A DNA stretch of 64,000 nucleotides from Takakia lepidozioides (Eukaryota > Plantae > Bryophyta), in the NCBI GenBank assembly GCA_030704615.1, contig CM060733.1:75082001-75146000 (forward strand). The letters are read 5' to 3'. The position numbers were made by a program, and so were the translations under genes. The notes under the pieces are model-generated. The model worked only from the letters and a program-made list of their open reading frames with translations. It made no database searches and had not been told where the DNA came from. Shown piece after piece: positions 1-13,347 of the stretch; position 1 is the first letter of the stretch; each line of letters begins with the position of its first letter.

Positions 1-322
1 AATATGCTTTTCATGTTGAAAATTGGTTGAGTTGCTACTGTCGGATACTTCGTATGCTTTCGTACCAAGATTATACCATTAAAATGCATATAACACTATA
101 ATACGTATGAAGTGTGCCTCCGGCTATCAACTCACTAACCTCTCTCATGCTTTTCTTTTTTTTAAATGTTTTTCCTGTTTGTTTTGTTTTTGGCTTTTCC
201 AGGACTCCGAGTCAGCCCTTCTTTTTTTTCTTTTTTCTTTTTTTTCGCCAATCAATTACAGAAACAAATATATAAACAAAAAAACAAAATAGCTGCAAGT
301 AATGCTAGCAAAAATAAATAAA

Positions 323-359
<37 letters not shown>

Positions 360-601
360 GAACAGGGGGATTGTAGCCCTGGAAGTTTTATTGATGATAA
401 GGAAAAAATAACCTTACAGGGAGCCATAAGGCAGATTATTGAGGTACCACTCCGAGCCTAGAGTCCAGAATACAAAGAGAAATGGAAGCAAGACAAAGGT
501 AAGGAATTACTTAAAGTTCCTAACTAAGTCGAAGAGGGAGAAGCTAAGAGAAAGATGCACAGGTGAAAGTCCTGAAAAATCCGATGCAGGAAAGAATTAC
601 C

Positions 602-798
602 AACGGTCAGTAGCTCAGTGGGTTAGTGCACTAAGTGCCACCCAGATGATTCTGAGGTCAAATCCTACTACTTGATGGGTGTGGTATACTCTTCTCCCCC
701 CCTTCCCTGGGCGGTGTCCCATTTCTCAACCTCCATGGCACGGTTACTGTGAAAGAGGTTATTTTCTCCTCTCACTATCAAGGGGCCTGATTTGTGAG
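602..798 (+). mobile_element. tRNA-derived SINE, family 1, copy A
   Basis: Head with Pol III A-box-like TAGCTCAGTGG and B-box-like GGTCAAATCC followed by a non-tRNA body; a near-identical reverse copy is at 1034-1223 and a 3' fragment at 1589-1635. Confidence 0.7.
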
Positions 799-1033
799 AG
801 GAGAAAAATCAACGCCTCTCGCTACCTTCTATTCTTCTGGCTTAAGTAGTTTGCTCATCTTGGGCTAGCTTCTAGAGCCTTCCTTTCTCTTCTTCCCTGT
901 ATCGAAGCTGTGTCTTCCTGCATCAGCCTCCATGGCAGTATTCATAGAGGTTATTTTTTCCGCTTTGTATCTCATGGACATTTAAATAAAATAAAATAAA
1001 ATAAAATAAAAAACAAACACCTGGGAGCGACAG

Positions 1034-1223
1034 CTCACAAATCAGGCCCCTTGATATAGAGAGGAGAAAAAACCTCTCAGTAACCTCGCCATAAGGCTTT
1101 CTGATGCGACACTGCGCAGGGAAGGGGGAGAAGAGCGTACCACACCCGTCAAGTAGCAAGATTTGACCCCAGGGTCATCCGGATGGCACTCAGCGCACTT
1201 TACCATCTGAGCTACTGACTGTT
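1034..1223 (-). mobile_element. tRNA-derived SINE, family 1, copy B
   Basis: Reverse complement aacagtcagtagctcagatgg...ggtcaaatctt...aggggcctgatttgtgag aligns end to end with 602-798. Confidence 0.7.
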
Positions 1224-3169
1224 TTAAGTCCTTTATCTATAAAGTTCACTAGGGCTTCGCGTTACTCCGCACTACTAGCGACGAATTTTGAGAACTACCC
1301 TTCAATTTTCACAGAAAGGAGTGGGTCATCACATGGTGTTACATACATAGATCCCATGCTTCGTTGTTTTTCGAAAGAAGAACGGTGGAGTGTTGCCGAA
1401 GCTATTATATTATTTTTATTTTTCAAAGAAAAGAGGGCCGAAATCCTCTTGGCCCCTCATCTTCGGCATCCCCAAAGTTTGACAAGTCTGATATCAATTG
1501 AAAGCACATAAAGTTTGCCACTAAGATTAAGCTAGGTAGACACCTAAGAATTCAAAAAAAAAAAACAAGGAAAAACAGGAAGCTATTTCTCACAAATCAG
1601 GCCCCTTCATTATAGTGAGGAGAAAATAATCTCTTTAATAAAGTTTAAAGGTAAATTTTCCTTGATGTCCAATGAATTACAGAGCTTACTGCTCAACACA
1701 GCCTAACGAGGGGCCAATGGATGGTTTGAAGGCACATGTTGAAAAATTGAACCCATGATCACTACCCGAGCACAAGGCTCATGGGCCAGGAAAAAACACT
1801 TGTAGGTATGCTACCTGCCAAGCAGTTCCTAGCCAAAGCCATTTTATATTGCACCACTGGTTGAGGGGATCCCTTCTCAAGCTCATACCACGTTGCAAGT
1901 TGACAGGCTGACTGGACATTATCTTCCTTGTGAAGGCAGTGGAAGGAGATGCACCCATTAGTCAAATGTAGTTTGATCACCTATAGCAGATGGTGTTATG
2001 TGTTTGTAATTAGTTTCAGAAAACTGGTGCCTTGCAACCTAGCTCCATCTGTTGCTATGGCATGTCACTCAGTCCCCCAAATTCCAGTCCAATCACCTCT
2101 ATTGCAACTTGCAAACACCTCTCAAACAAGTTGTAAAATGACCTTCATCTCCAATATACAGCATGACAAGGGCCAAAACTCCATCAGGTGAAGGCTTTCA
2201 AAGACTAGTTACAAACACTTGACAACTTGCCCTTGCAGCATCTGTGCAAGTCAATACAGAAGTAAACAACACAACTGCTTGCATCACACCACCGGGCATA
2301 AACAGGTCAACAACAGATTATGAAAGTAAAAAGCAAACCACTTAATCACATACCATAGGCACTGACATCATCTATATGTAAGTACAGAGTACCAACTCGA
2401 AGCCCTGCACTCAACATGTCTGACATCTACTGTGTTGTTCCAAGGGCTTTCCTTTCGTTAGATTGGTGACCTATCCTAACAGGATGCTTAATCAGACAAA
2501 GTCTTTAAAAGTTAGTATTAGGCTGTGTCCTTGTACCAGGAACATTCCAGTCTTGCAAGGATTTCAAGAAAACACCATGGACTTGCTCAAAACAATGGTG
2601 CCTGCATATTGTACTGATGCAAGACCAGTCAACAACCCATTCCACCTATCTGATGAAGCATGGCATCGATTTCATCAGTGTCCTCCATGTCAAGCTGCCA
2701 CGCCCAATTAACACGTCACAAGCACATCAAGGGCGTCACATACCCATCGCAGGTCCAATCCAAACAAGACCAGACATTTCAAAGACTGCCCTACATAATA
2801 CCATTTTTAGCAGCTCAATGAGAATCCTGTCAGTTTTGGAAGAATACAGAAAAAAAAAGTAGCAAGAATGACCTCGGCGGGGGTCTGCTCAACGCGAAGG
2901 CCCTCCCTTAGCGGGTTGTATCCAGTGTCAACTTCTCTATCTGAATTCATCCGTGCAAACAACGCTTCCGCCCCCTGTCACAATAGCAGGTAGTTGAAAT
3001 AACTCATTGACGAACCTTCCAGTGTGAGATCACATGCAAATCTAGCCAAATATATGAATGTACATCAAAATTGCGTCATTAACTCCTGTGTAAGCCGAGC
3101 CCACACATGTACTACCAATGTGTCAATATTGATGCTTCAAGCCCCGTTGTTTTGCATTCCTTCAAATAG

Positions 3170-5289
3170 TTGCAGGACCTCCCTATGACAACCATGTTGG
3201 GCATATCCTGCGATCATCGCATTTCACAACACCACATTTCGTTCAGCCATACAATTCCAGCTTTGACGATGTCTCCATGGACCTCTTTCCCCTTTTCCAG
3301 AGCTCCCAGGCTTGCATACGCATTGCAAACAAAAACAGATGTTGGGCTTCACCCCTTCGCACATCATTTGCTCATAGGTCCTGCATCCCGCACCCTTGCT
3401 GTGCATATCCTGCAATCATCGCACTCCACGACACCACATCTCGTTCTGCCATATTGTCGAACACTCCCTTTGCATGCTCGATGCTCCCACATTTGGCATA
3501 CATGTCCACCAAGGTATTGTTCAGGATCACATCTGGTACGATTCCAGCTCTGACGATGTCGCCATGCACCTCTTTGCCCTTGCCCTTTTCCAGGGCTGCC
3601 AGGCTTGCACACGCACACAAACGTGATGTGGTCGGGCTTCACCCCTTCCCCCATCATTTGCTCATAGGTCTCCAAAGCATTCACACCACACCCATGCTTG
3701 GTAAATCCTGCCAACATTCTATTCCATGTGATCAAAGGTCGTTGAAGCATTCTGTTGAACACTTGGTCAGCATCCATGATGCTCCCGCACTTAACATACA
3801 TGTTGATAAGGGTGCTGAGGAGGAAAACATTTGGCGTAAATCCACTTTGGATAATGTGAGTGTGCACCTGTTTCTTAGCTTCCAGGCCTTCCACCTTGAT
3901 GCACTTATGCAAGAGACAAACATACGTTTCTGAATCTGCTGAAATGCCTCCTTGGTTTAAAGTCTGTAGAGCCTCTTTCAGTTTGCCTGCCTCACAAAGC
4001 ATCTTCACATGCCCAGAAGTGCCAGAAGAGGCATTGTGGACTCCCTCTCTTGATCCTCTTCCAGAGGCTGTGGTCATGGTTGAGGTGCTTGATTTTATCA
4101 ACTATGCCGCTGCAGCTGCTACTTTTAGTTGACCATCTACCCATGCAGGTTTCTTGTAGCTATTGATCCACAGGGAATCATAGGTAATCTTGTGCTTGAA
4201 ATCTGGCCTTCTTGGATGATTATGTACACACACTCTACCCCTGCTTTGGCATACATGTCCACCAGGGTATTGTTCAGGATCACATCTGGTACGATTCCAG
4301 CTTTGACGATGTCACCATGCACCTCTTTGCCCTTTTCCAGGGCTGCCAGGCTTGCACATGCATTGCAAACGCACACACCCGTGATGCGGTTGGGCTTCAC
4401 CCCTTCGCACATCATTTGCTCATACGTCTCCAAAGCCTCCATCCCGCGCCCCTGATGTGCATATCCTGCGAGCATCGCACTCCACAACACCACATCTCGT
4501 TCCGCTATATTGTCGAACACTCCCTTTGCATGCTCGATGCTCCCACATTTGGCATACATGTCCACCAAGGTATTGTTCAGGATCACATCTGTTATGATTC
4601 CAGCTCTGACGATGTCGCCATGCACCTCTTTGCCCTTGCCCTTTTCCAGGGCTGCCAGGCTTGTACACGCACTGCAAATGCACACAAACGTGATGTGGTC
4701 GGGCTTCACCCCTTCCCCCATCATTTGCTCATAGGTCTCCAAAGCATTCATACCACACCCATGCTTGGTAAATCCTGCCAACATTATATTCCATGTGATC
4801 AAAGATCGTTGAGGCATTTTGTTGAACACTTGGTGCGCATCCATGATGCTCCCCGCACTTAACATACATGTTGACAAGGGTGCTGAGGAGAAAAACATTT
4901 GGCGTGAATCCACTTTGGATAATGTGAGTGTGCACCTGCTTTCCAGCTTCCAGACCTTTCACCTTGATGCACTTATGCAAGAGACAAACATACGTTTCTG
5001 AATCTGCTGAAATGCCTCCTTGGTTTAAAGTCTGTAGAGCCTCTTTCAGTCTGCCTGCCTCATAAAGCATCTTCACATGCCCAGAAGTGCCAGAAGAGGC
5101 ATTGTGGACTCCCTCTCTTGATCCTCTTCCAGAGGCTGCGGTCATGGTTGAGGTGCCTGATTTTATCAACTGTGCCGCTGCAGCTGCTGCTTTTAGTTGA
5201 CCATCTACCCATGCAGGTTTCTTGTAGCTATTGATCCACAGGGAATCATAGGTAATCTTGTGCTTGAAATCTGGCCCTCTTGGATGCAC
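3170..5289 (-). pseudogene. PLS-class PPR gene remnant with N-terminal OSB-type PDF motif; ~1.08-kb direct duplication
   Basis: Typical PLS repeats (NTLVDMYAKCGSIEHAKGVFDNMAERDVVSWSAMIAGY; GVKPDHITFVC) in ORFs 3364-4101, 3372-3620, 4137-4913 and 4729-5289, broken by frameshifts. Upstream HPRGPDFKHKITYDSLWINSYKKPAWV. 3480-4212 is duplicated at ~4535-5285. Confidence 0.85.
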
Positions 5290-5426
5290 ACTCTACCCCT
5301 GCTCCTTCAGCTATCCATGCCTCTACACAAATCATGCATTCATCCTTGCCTTGCTGCTAATAGCTGACAATAACAGCCTAGATTTGTTCTAGGAAACATC
5401 CAACTCAGCTTATCACACTAGTTCAT

Positions 5427-6855
5427 ATGCTCATTGCGTCTGCTACTCATTGTAATCCAACAGGCATCCACCTTTTTGCCTCGATTGTCCCACCATTGAC
5501 TGGGGTCAAAAGTATTTTTTCCACAACTTCTCCTCGTCTCTCTTACCTGTTTCTGGATACTTTGGCAGTATCATGTCAAAGTCACTCCAACTATCAAAGG
5601 TTCACTCAACCAGCTAACTTGCAGAATTCAACATGAAAATTTAGGGCCGGTTCTGATAAGAGGGAACCCACACTCCATCCCTGCTCCTTCAGCTATCCAT
5701 GCCTCTGCACAAATCATGCATACACCCTTGCCTTGCTGCTAGCAACATATAATGACAGCCTAGAATTCTTCCAGCAAACACCCCCGCACTTAACATACAT
5801 GTTGATAACACTCAACTCAGCGTTCCTATGCTCATTGCGTCTGCTACTCTGTAATCCAACAGGCATCCACCTTTTTGCCTCGATTGTCCCACCATTGACT
5901 GGGGTCAGAAAAGTATTCTTTCCACAGCTTCTCCTCGTCTCTCTTACCTGTTTCTGGATACTTTGGCAGTATCATGTCAAAGTCACTCCAACTATCAAAG
6001 GTTCACTCAACCAGCTAACTTGCAGAATTCAACATGAAAATTTAGGGCCGGTTCTGATAAGAGGGAACCCACACTCCATCCCTGCTCCTTCAGCTATCCA
6101 TGCCTCTGCACAAATCATGCATACACCCTTGCCTTGCTGCTAGCAACATATAATGACAGCCTAGAATTCTTCCAGCAAACACCCCCGCACTTAACATACA
6201 TGTTGATAAACACTCAACTCAGCGTTCCTATGCTCATTGCGTCTGCTACTCTCTGTAATCCAACAGGCATCCACCTTTTTGTCTCGATTGTCCCACCATT
6301 GACTGGGTCAGAAAAGTATTCTTTCCACAGCTTCTCCTCGTCTCTCTTACCTGTTTCTGGATACTTTGGCAGTATCATGTCAAAGTCACTCCAACTATCA
6401 AAGGTTCACTCAACCAGCTAACTTGCAGAATTCAACATGAAAATTTAGGGCCGGTTCTGATAAGAGGGAACCCACACTCCATCCCTGCTCCTTCAGCTAT
6501 CCATGCCTCTACACAAATCATGCATACACCCTTGCCTTGTTGCTAGCAACATACAATGACAGCCTAGAATTCTTCCAGCAAACACCCCCGCACTTAACAT
6601 ACATGTTGACAAACACCCAACTCAGCGTTCCTATGCTCATTGCGTCTGCTACTCTCTGTAATCCAACATGCATCCACCTTTTTGCCTCGATTGTCCCACC
6701 ATTGATTGTTGGTCAGAAAAGTATTCTTTTCCACAGCTTCCTCGTCTCTCTTACCTGTTTCTGGATACGTTGGCAGTATCATGTCAAAGTCACTCCAACT
6801 ATCAAAGGTTCACCCAACCAGCTAACTTGCAGAATTCAACATGAGAATTTAGGGC
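5427..6855 (-). repeat. Tandem repeat, ~402-bp unit x ~3.5, carrying a PDF-motif exon
   Basis: atgctcattgcgtctgctactc recurs at 5427, 5828, 6230 and 6633; the minus strand reads DEEKLWKEYFSDPSQWWDNRGKK followed by a GT donor. Confidence 0.9.
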
Positions 6856-7983
6856 TCTCCAACTCGCTGGACCCACACCATGCCCAGCCCGATGCCCCTT
6901 GCTTACTTTCTGAGGACATCGTGTGCTCACCTGCAAGCCCGGCCGTCCAGTTACAACCCTCTTTAACTATTTACCACTTCTGAAGGTTGGTGCTCTCATT
7001 AAACATTGAAACAGACTTTCCTATTGTAGCAACCAAATTCAGATGTAATGAAAAAGCATACCAGAGGGTCATGTCGGGCTAGGGATCGAAGAATCCCCTC
7101 CTGTCTCTCAAGGGATTTTACAGCTGATACTTCACCCCCTCTGGGCAGGCCACGTCTAAATGTTGTTAGACTTCTAAACTGGCGTGCCTTTTTCAACTCA
7201 TCTGCAAAATCTGTACAACACAAAGAAAATCTATTGAGAGGCAGAGTCAGATTTCAAAGAAAGATTCACAAATCGAGTACATACTTGTACTAAACCGGTT
7301 ATTGGGCTAATTTCTAACCTCTGACCGCTGTGGCTGCAAACTACAGGATTGGGCTCTCAATCTGGGGTCTTCAAGCACTCATTGAAAGAAAACATAAATT
7401 TTTTGCTTGTTTGATCACTGTTACTCTTCCCACGAAAGACTTACATTCCCGGCGGGAACCATCGGCCAGTTTCCACATCCCCCCCCCTCTATTATACTGG
7501 TGCCCTATATTGCGAATCATCATAATGCAGGCCCAGTCTAGGCTTTAGGGTATTGTCTCTTCAGTCTCCAATTTACATTCACACTGCTCTGAGTAGAGAA
7601 TTGTGGTCTCGCCTTGGATGAACACAACTTTGGGTTGTACCTGCCTCCGGATGTGATCTGATTGCACCCCTCCCTCACTCCAGGCTTTGCCTCCTCCAAC
7701 AGAAGTGCTCAAGGAGTCCATTGAAGTTGCCTTGTCTTTGTTGCATAGCTCCCTGTCAGTTGCCTTTGATTCTTGTACAACTTGTTCCCTAGCTAACCGC
7801 TCATCTGCTTTACTTACCAATTGCACTAGCATCTCCATTATGGTGTCAACCTGATATAGATGGACCTACAGAGACAATTTGCTGCTCGCTTCATTTGTTG
7901 TTGCAAAAAGTAGTCAAGATGACAAGAGATTTTGGTACAACCAGAAAACAATCTCAACAAGTCAATTGTGGTCATAAGATACC

Positions 7984-8080
7984 TTTTTACAGTCTCTGCC
8001 ATATTCCGAAATGCTTGATAGAAGAGCTCCAGGTCCTCTTTGCTCCAGGGAGGTCCAAGCATGTCCGACAATTTGCGCTT
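7984..8080 (-). pseudogene. ALY: Isolated exon of ALWAYS EARLY/LIN-9-like protein (N-terminal SANT region)
   Basis: cag|KRKLSDMLGPPWSKEDLELFYQAFR(K)YGRDCKK|gt matches the ALY N-terminus; it has a frameshift and W->C, and no neighbouring ALY exons are recognised. Confidence 0.7.
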
Positions 8081-9540
8081 CTGATCACCAGCCCGCCCAC
8101 TCACCTCAGTCCCATAACTAGCATTCAAGCAGCATCCAAAATTGGATTTCACTCTTGCTAACGCTGGGTGTGCTACCCATCTGCCCAGTCCCAATGGCAC
8201 CATTGCTCCTGGATATGGAATTTCGCCGGGATCCAACAACCTACAACCTGACATCACCAGAATCAGGCAAATTGTTCAATTGAATGCCTTTGATGAGGAT
8301 GGATCTATAGGCAAAAACAGAAAGAGAAGAGGTGTGCTTGCCCTACTTTGATATTCTGTGTCCCCTCCAACAACGGAAGGACAAAGGTGTGAAGGCTTCC
8401 AGTGCAAGTGCTCTCGCTGCCTTCTGGAGGAAGGCATGCAGCCAAATCTAGCCAAGGTGACCACAATTCACCATATCCGTGAGTCAGATCTATGACACGT
8501 CAATTCATGATCTACCATATTTCGTGTCAATAGTGACGGCATATGGTTATATCCAAATTGCATCATTATCACCACGTTTGATAAAACAATGGTCACAAAA
8601 ATAATGGCCAAGAAGGCTGAAACAAAAACAACCTTCAGCTTTGAATGTCAGTCTCACAGTTTGCATTTATTGTTTCCAGTGAACACTGGTTATATGGAGG
8701 TTATGGCAGACAGACAACAATTACAATCTAGTCAATGTAAGATTAGGTTTGAAACTTGGGTTTAGCTTCAAGCAGATGTGGGACTTTTGCAACCAGACAC
8801 AACCTGACATACCCTTCGTGCTCATGGAAAATCAATCATGGAGACTCACTGTGCGGGTCTGAAACAAGGAAGTAAGGTGTAATCAAAGCTGCACTTTTCT
8901 TCTTTCCCACCCAATCACGAGTGGACAGCTTCCGATTCCGTCTGCAAGAAACTCCTCCCCAATTGTTGTCTTTTCGAATCATAGGTAATCTGGAGCTTGA
9001 AATCCGGCCTTTTTGGATGAATCTGGATCCACACTTGATCCCTGCTCCTTCAGCTATCCAAGTCTGTGCTTGCAAGGTGGACGATGGCGGAAAACGCAGA
9101 GCTCCTGCAGTTCAAGAAGATCAAGATCCGGGCATTTCGGGCAGTTCCAAAAACGTTGGCGCGGCGATTTCTATTGGCCTATTTTTCGCGGGCCGTCCGG
9201 GCAGATTTCAAAGAAATTGACGACGACGATGACCTGGCTACGACGACATGGCACTATGGCACCCTATACCTGCTCTACGCTAAACTAGCTTTCGACCTTC
9301 GGTCGTCGCTAGCATGAGGCCTCCGTCCCTCTTCTTTTTTTTTAAAAAAAAAAAGAGAGAAGAAGAAAAACAAAAATAAAATAAAAAGAAAAATGCCCGG
9401 CCAGTTTTTTTCTTCGTTAAATAAAGCAATCGTCCAGTTACTTACTAGTAAATTGTAGGTAGGGGCGTATGGAGCAGGTGAGTAGTAAGTTGATAAGTGA
9501 CGTTTGGCGTAAGCGACCCTCGAGGAAGAAAGGCTCGGGG

Positions 9541-9880
9541 AGAGAGAGAGAGAGAGAGAGAGAGTGTGTCTGTGTGTGTTGTGACGGGGTGGTGTGTGTG
9601 TGTATTGTGCTCGGGACGCATGTCTCTATCACCGACGCTCTCTCTGTTCTCCTCTCTCTCCCTTTCCCCATTCGCTTTGTCTCTGACACCCTGTGTTCTG
9701 TGTCTGTGTTTCTACGTGCTGTGTCTGTTAGCCTTTGTGGCCCCATTTTTCTCTGTCTCTCTCCCACGCAGTCAGTTCCTGATCCTCTCTCTCTATCAGT
9801 GTGTTTCCCCGTCTCTCTTCTTCTCCCTCATGTTGTTCTTGTCGCTGTCTCTTGGTCTTTCTCTCTGCCTTTCTCTGTCT
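9541..9880 (+). repeat. GA/GT/CT microsatellite-rich tract in probable 5'UTR intron
   Basis: (GA)n, (GT)n and CT-rich sequence after the donor-like gcag|gtgagt at ~9478. Confidence 0.75.
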
Positions 9881-10279
9881 TTTGTCACGTTTGCTAATTC
9901 CATAGTGCTGTCTCATTGACCATCTGTGGGACCTCGGTCTCTCGTTTCATGACGTCTTCAGCGTAGCCTGGTGGAGATCAAGTACACTTGGCGAGGCGTA
10001 AGTATCTCCTGGGAACAAGCTTGATTGACTGTGTTAGAGGAGGGAGATAAATTTTCATAATGAGAACAAGCTTGCTTTCGAAAGATTACTGGTTGTATGT
10101 TTATTGAAAATTATGCTGTGGATGTGGAGAATAATGTAGCGGCAATTGTAATCCCGCGCCCGGAGATGCTGTAAAACTTACTCGCATACAGAAAGAGGTT
10201 AGCTTATCTCTTGTCATTTTCTTCTTTGTGGCTTATGCAACAATATTTTCTGTTTGCAGCTATTTGACCGTGAGCAAGA

Positions 10280-12660
10280 ATGAAAGAAGTGGCCACCAGC
10301 TTCTTCTCCGTTGCCCCTCTTGTGAAATTGGAGTCATCTGGAAGTACTTCTGTAAAGATGGCGAAAGGGTCAAGTCAAATACAAGAAGGAAGTTATGAGC
10401 AGCTGGTGGACAATCAGAGAAGGATGATTGAGGGAGGACGGAGGACATATCCATTGACACGGGTTGAATTTGGAGCACTGATCGGCATCTTTGTTGCGTT
10501 TTTACTGGCGCTGTTAGTGATTTACTTGACGATGCCCGCGGTGGATTACACTTTGCTGAAGATTCCATACAGTCCGGATGACCTGAGATCGCTGACGTAT
10601 GTCTTCTCTTCCCAATTTGTAGTGCATTAGGATTAGTTCTTCCCACATTTGTCACATTGGCCCTTCGAGAAAGATTATTGCCCTTTGTTACATCTACCTC
10701 TTCTTTTCCTTTTCATACACAGCTTGGTGTTGGCCGCCTGCATTCAGTCGCACAATTCTCTTTAGTGTCTTCCCTCTGACCATTAGACGGGCGATGTACT
10801 AAGCAATATGACACCTTTTCCATTGATAGGTCTCATGAGTACTGTGGTAGGCAAAATTAAGCAAAAGTAAGCCTTCAATGCCAAAGGCACAATAAGACTC
10901 AGCAAGACGAGACCTCCATTAGATTGACATAGAATGGACAATGTGACTTGCCAAATGTGACTATGGGAAAGCACACACAAACACACACTTCCATATCGAC
11001 TGGTGGGCAAATGGCCAGCAAGAAACAGGGATGATCAGACGTTTATTAGGCTGCCTTTATTGTCCTCACATGTTTGTTGCCTGCCAGTTTTTGTCTTCTG
11101 TGAAGGGATCTTTTCCATCCTAATCATCCCCATATTTTCAGTGTGCCCTCAGAAGCTGGATGCAGTGGTTTAATGAGGGGAAAGTTATATTGCAGGGAGT
11201 ATATTGCAACATATGCAAAAGACTACAAGCCGCAGGTGGTGTTAGGCTTCTGCGTCACCTACATCTTTATGCAGACGTTCATGATTCCAGGCACTATTGT
11301 GATGTCACTACTTTCAGGTTCCCTCTTTGGTGCAGTCCCAGGCATGCTGCTGGTGATCTTTACAGCCACCACCGGGGCTTCCTGCTGCTTCTTCTTGTCC
11401 AAGCTCATTGGTCGGCCGCTTGCTATGTGGATGTGGCCCGATAAGCTGCGATACTTTAATGCTGAGGTGTGCCATTACCTGTCATTTTGATTTTTTCATC
11501 CTGTTGTTGTGACCAAGGGTACTGATGAGTTCTCTGGGTTGGATGCTACCTCACTTTGCTATCAGAGTTTTCCCTCAGTGTTCGCATAGTGTGTTTTTCT
11601 TCCCCTCTTCACCCACTCTCTCTCTTTCTCTCTGTGCCACAAGCCCTTCTATGTTGTATGCCCGTCCCAGACTTCTCCATTGGGGCTATATTTGGATGCT
11701 GACTGCACTCAAACCTGTACCGGGTGAGAGTTGTGGACGAACCAATCACAGCTGTGACTGATGATTTGTGCAAACAGGGACCCCTCAGCTAAGGGCGACA
11801 TATCAGTGTTTGGGGTTTATGTAAGAGAACATGATTGACCTCTGTGAGGTCATGACTTTTGTATGCACTTGCCGGAAAGTCTGCTCTATTTACTGTTTCT
11901 GAGCTGGAAACTCTACATTCAGGTGGGCAAGCGAAGGAAGTATCTTTTCAACTACATGCTGTTTCTGAGGATCACCCCAACCTTGCCAAACACTTTCATC
12001 AACGTGGCTTCTCCCATTGTAGATATTCCATTTCACATTTTTTTCCTAGCCACTGTTATCGGCCTGATCCCTGCCTGTTTTATTACGGTTCGGGTAAGCT
12101 CTCTCTGCCCCGTGCCCTCCCCCCCCTCTCTCTCTTTGACATTGTTCCGCTCAAACTGGGTGTGGGGTCAATGGCCACAAGGCTACGGCAAACACGTCTT
12201 ATGAGTACAGTCTCTAGTGGGAATTTATGTGTCCTCATGGCAATTTTAAATGTTATGCAGAAGATGGCATACTGGCTGGTCACTCCTGTGACCTGTCTGT
12301 ACTCAGAAGGTCGTTCCAATCCGGTTTGCGTAGGGTAATAGGGTGACTGGTTCCTAAAACAATCGTGAGCATTGGGAATGTGGATTGTGTGGTTCTTGAA
12401 GAGGGTTGTTTGAATTCGCTGGGAAAGCTAACTAAAGGAGACCTTTTCTCTCAGTTTGATATCCATTAAGATGAGAAACACGATTGAGTGTGGTGGTTGG
12501 TGGATGACAGACTGGCCGTGCGCTAGGAGACCTGAAATCATTGGGACAATTGTATGATGTAAAGACATTGGCCACTCTCTTTTTTATTGGCCTTGTATCT
12601 ATTGTGCCGACTCTGGTGGGGAAGAAGTTGTCCCCTTCTTCAAATCCTCGCCCTTCCTGA
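10280..12660 (+). CDS. SNARE-associated Golgi / VTT-domain membrane protein (TMEM41B-like, DedA family); 4 coding exons ~10280-10596, 11196-11466, 11923-12093, 12511-12660
   Basis: YIFMQTFMIPGT..SLLSGSLFG and YMLFLRITPTLPNTFINVASP motifs; GT-AG introns with compatible phases; TGA at 12658-12660. The start could instead be ATG 10358. Confidence 0.9.
12142..12209 (+). mobile_element. 5'-truncated LINE 3' end in TMEM41 intron 3 (same family as 26085-27086)
   Basis: ggtcaatggccacaaggctacggcaaacacgtcttatgagtaca matches the 3' terminus of the 26-27 kb LINE. Confidence 0.8.
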
Positions 12661-13347
12661 TTCCTGCTACCCCAACACTGTTGCATTCTCGTCTTGGCAG
12701 CACAAGGAACTCCGGGTTAGAAGGGAGGCTCCATTGTCTACAATGTGGCTGACAACGTGTTCAGTGGCAAATCACCTCCCACAAGGAGGGGATGCCATTG
12801 ATGTCCATTGGGTTGCGTGGTCGGTGGAGGTTGGTTGGCATTAGACCAGGTGGACTGGCTCCAACTTGCCAGAGGTTGATGTGCGCCGGTGTAAATAAGG
12901 AAGCTACTTTGATTTGTCCCTGGGTCAAAGGCTGCTCCCTCCATATATATCTCATTGATCCCATTTTTTCGTTTGCAGGTAGATTGAAATAAACTTTTGT
13001 ATATAAACACAATCGGGAATGAGTTGGCAGCTGTCAATTGAACAGCTTTCCCTAGGGAAATTTCCAGGAGATCATTGTTACAATGGGTAGATGAAATGTT
13101 TGTCTACAGGCTACAGCAGAACACACATTTTTTATTCATATGAATCATGCTTTTGCGAGACCAATCTGGCACTCTTGCATTCAGTACACTTTTCTGGCAG
13201 AGAGTCCTGGGTATGTGTGAGCTTGATGTGGGAGAAAGGAGAATATTGAAGGGAGGGCAGCCTTCACCAGAGACCACACGAGCTCACACAAATGTCTCGC
13301 CTGGCGGCTTACCCTGCAAAATCGGCAGGGGCTTGACCATTCCATTA

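Noticed and set aside
602-680. Functional tRNA genes (also 20150-20215, 20530-20595 and 44833-44887)
   Set aside because: A/B boxes are present but I could not fold a convincing cloverleaf; most continue into shared SINE bodies.
9438-9919. ORFs of 109-142 aa
   Set aside because: Translations of GA/GT/CT microsatellites.
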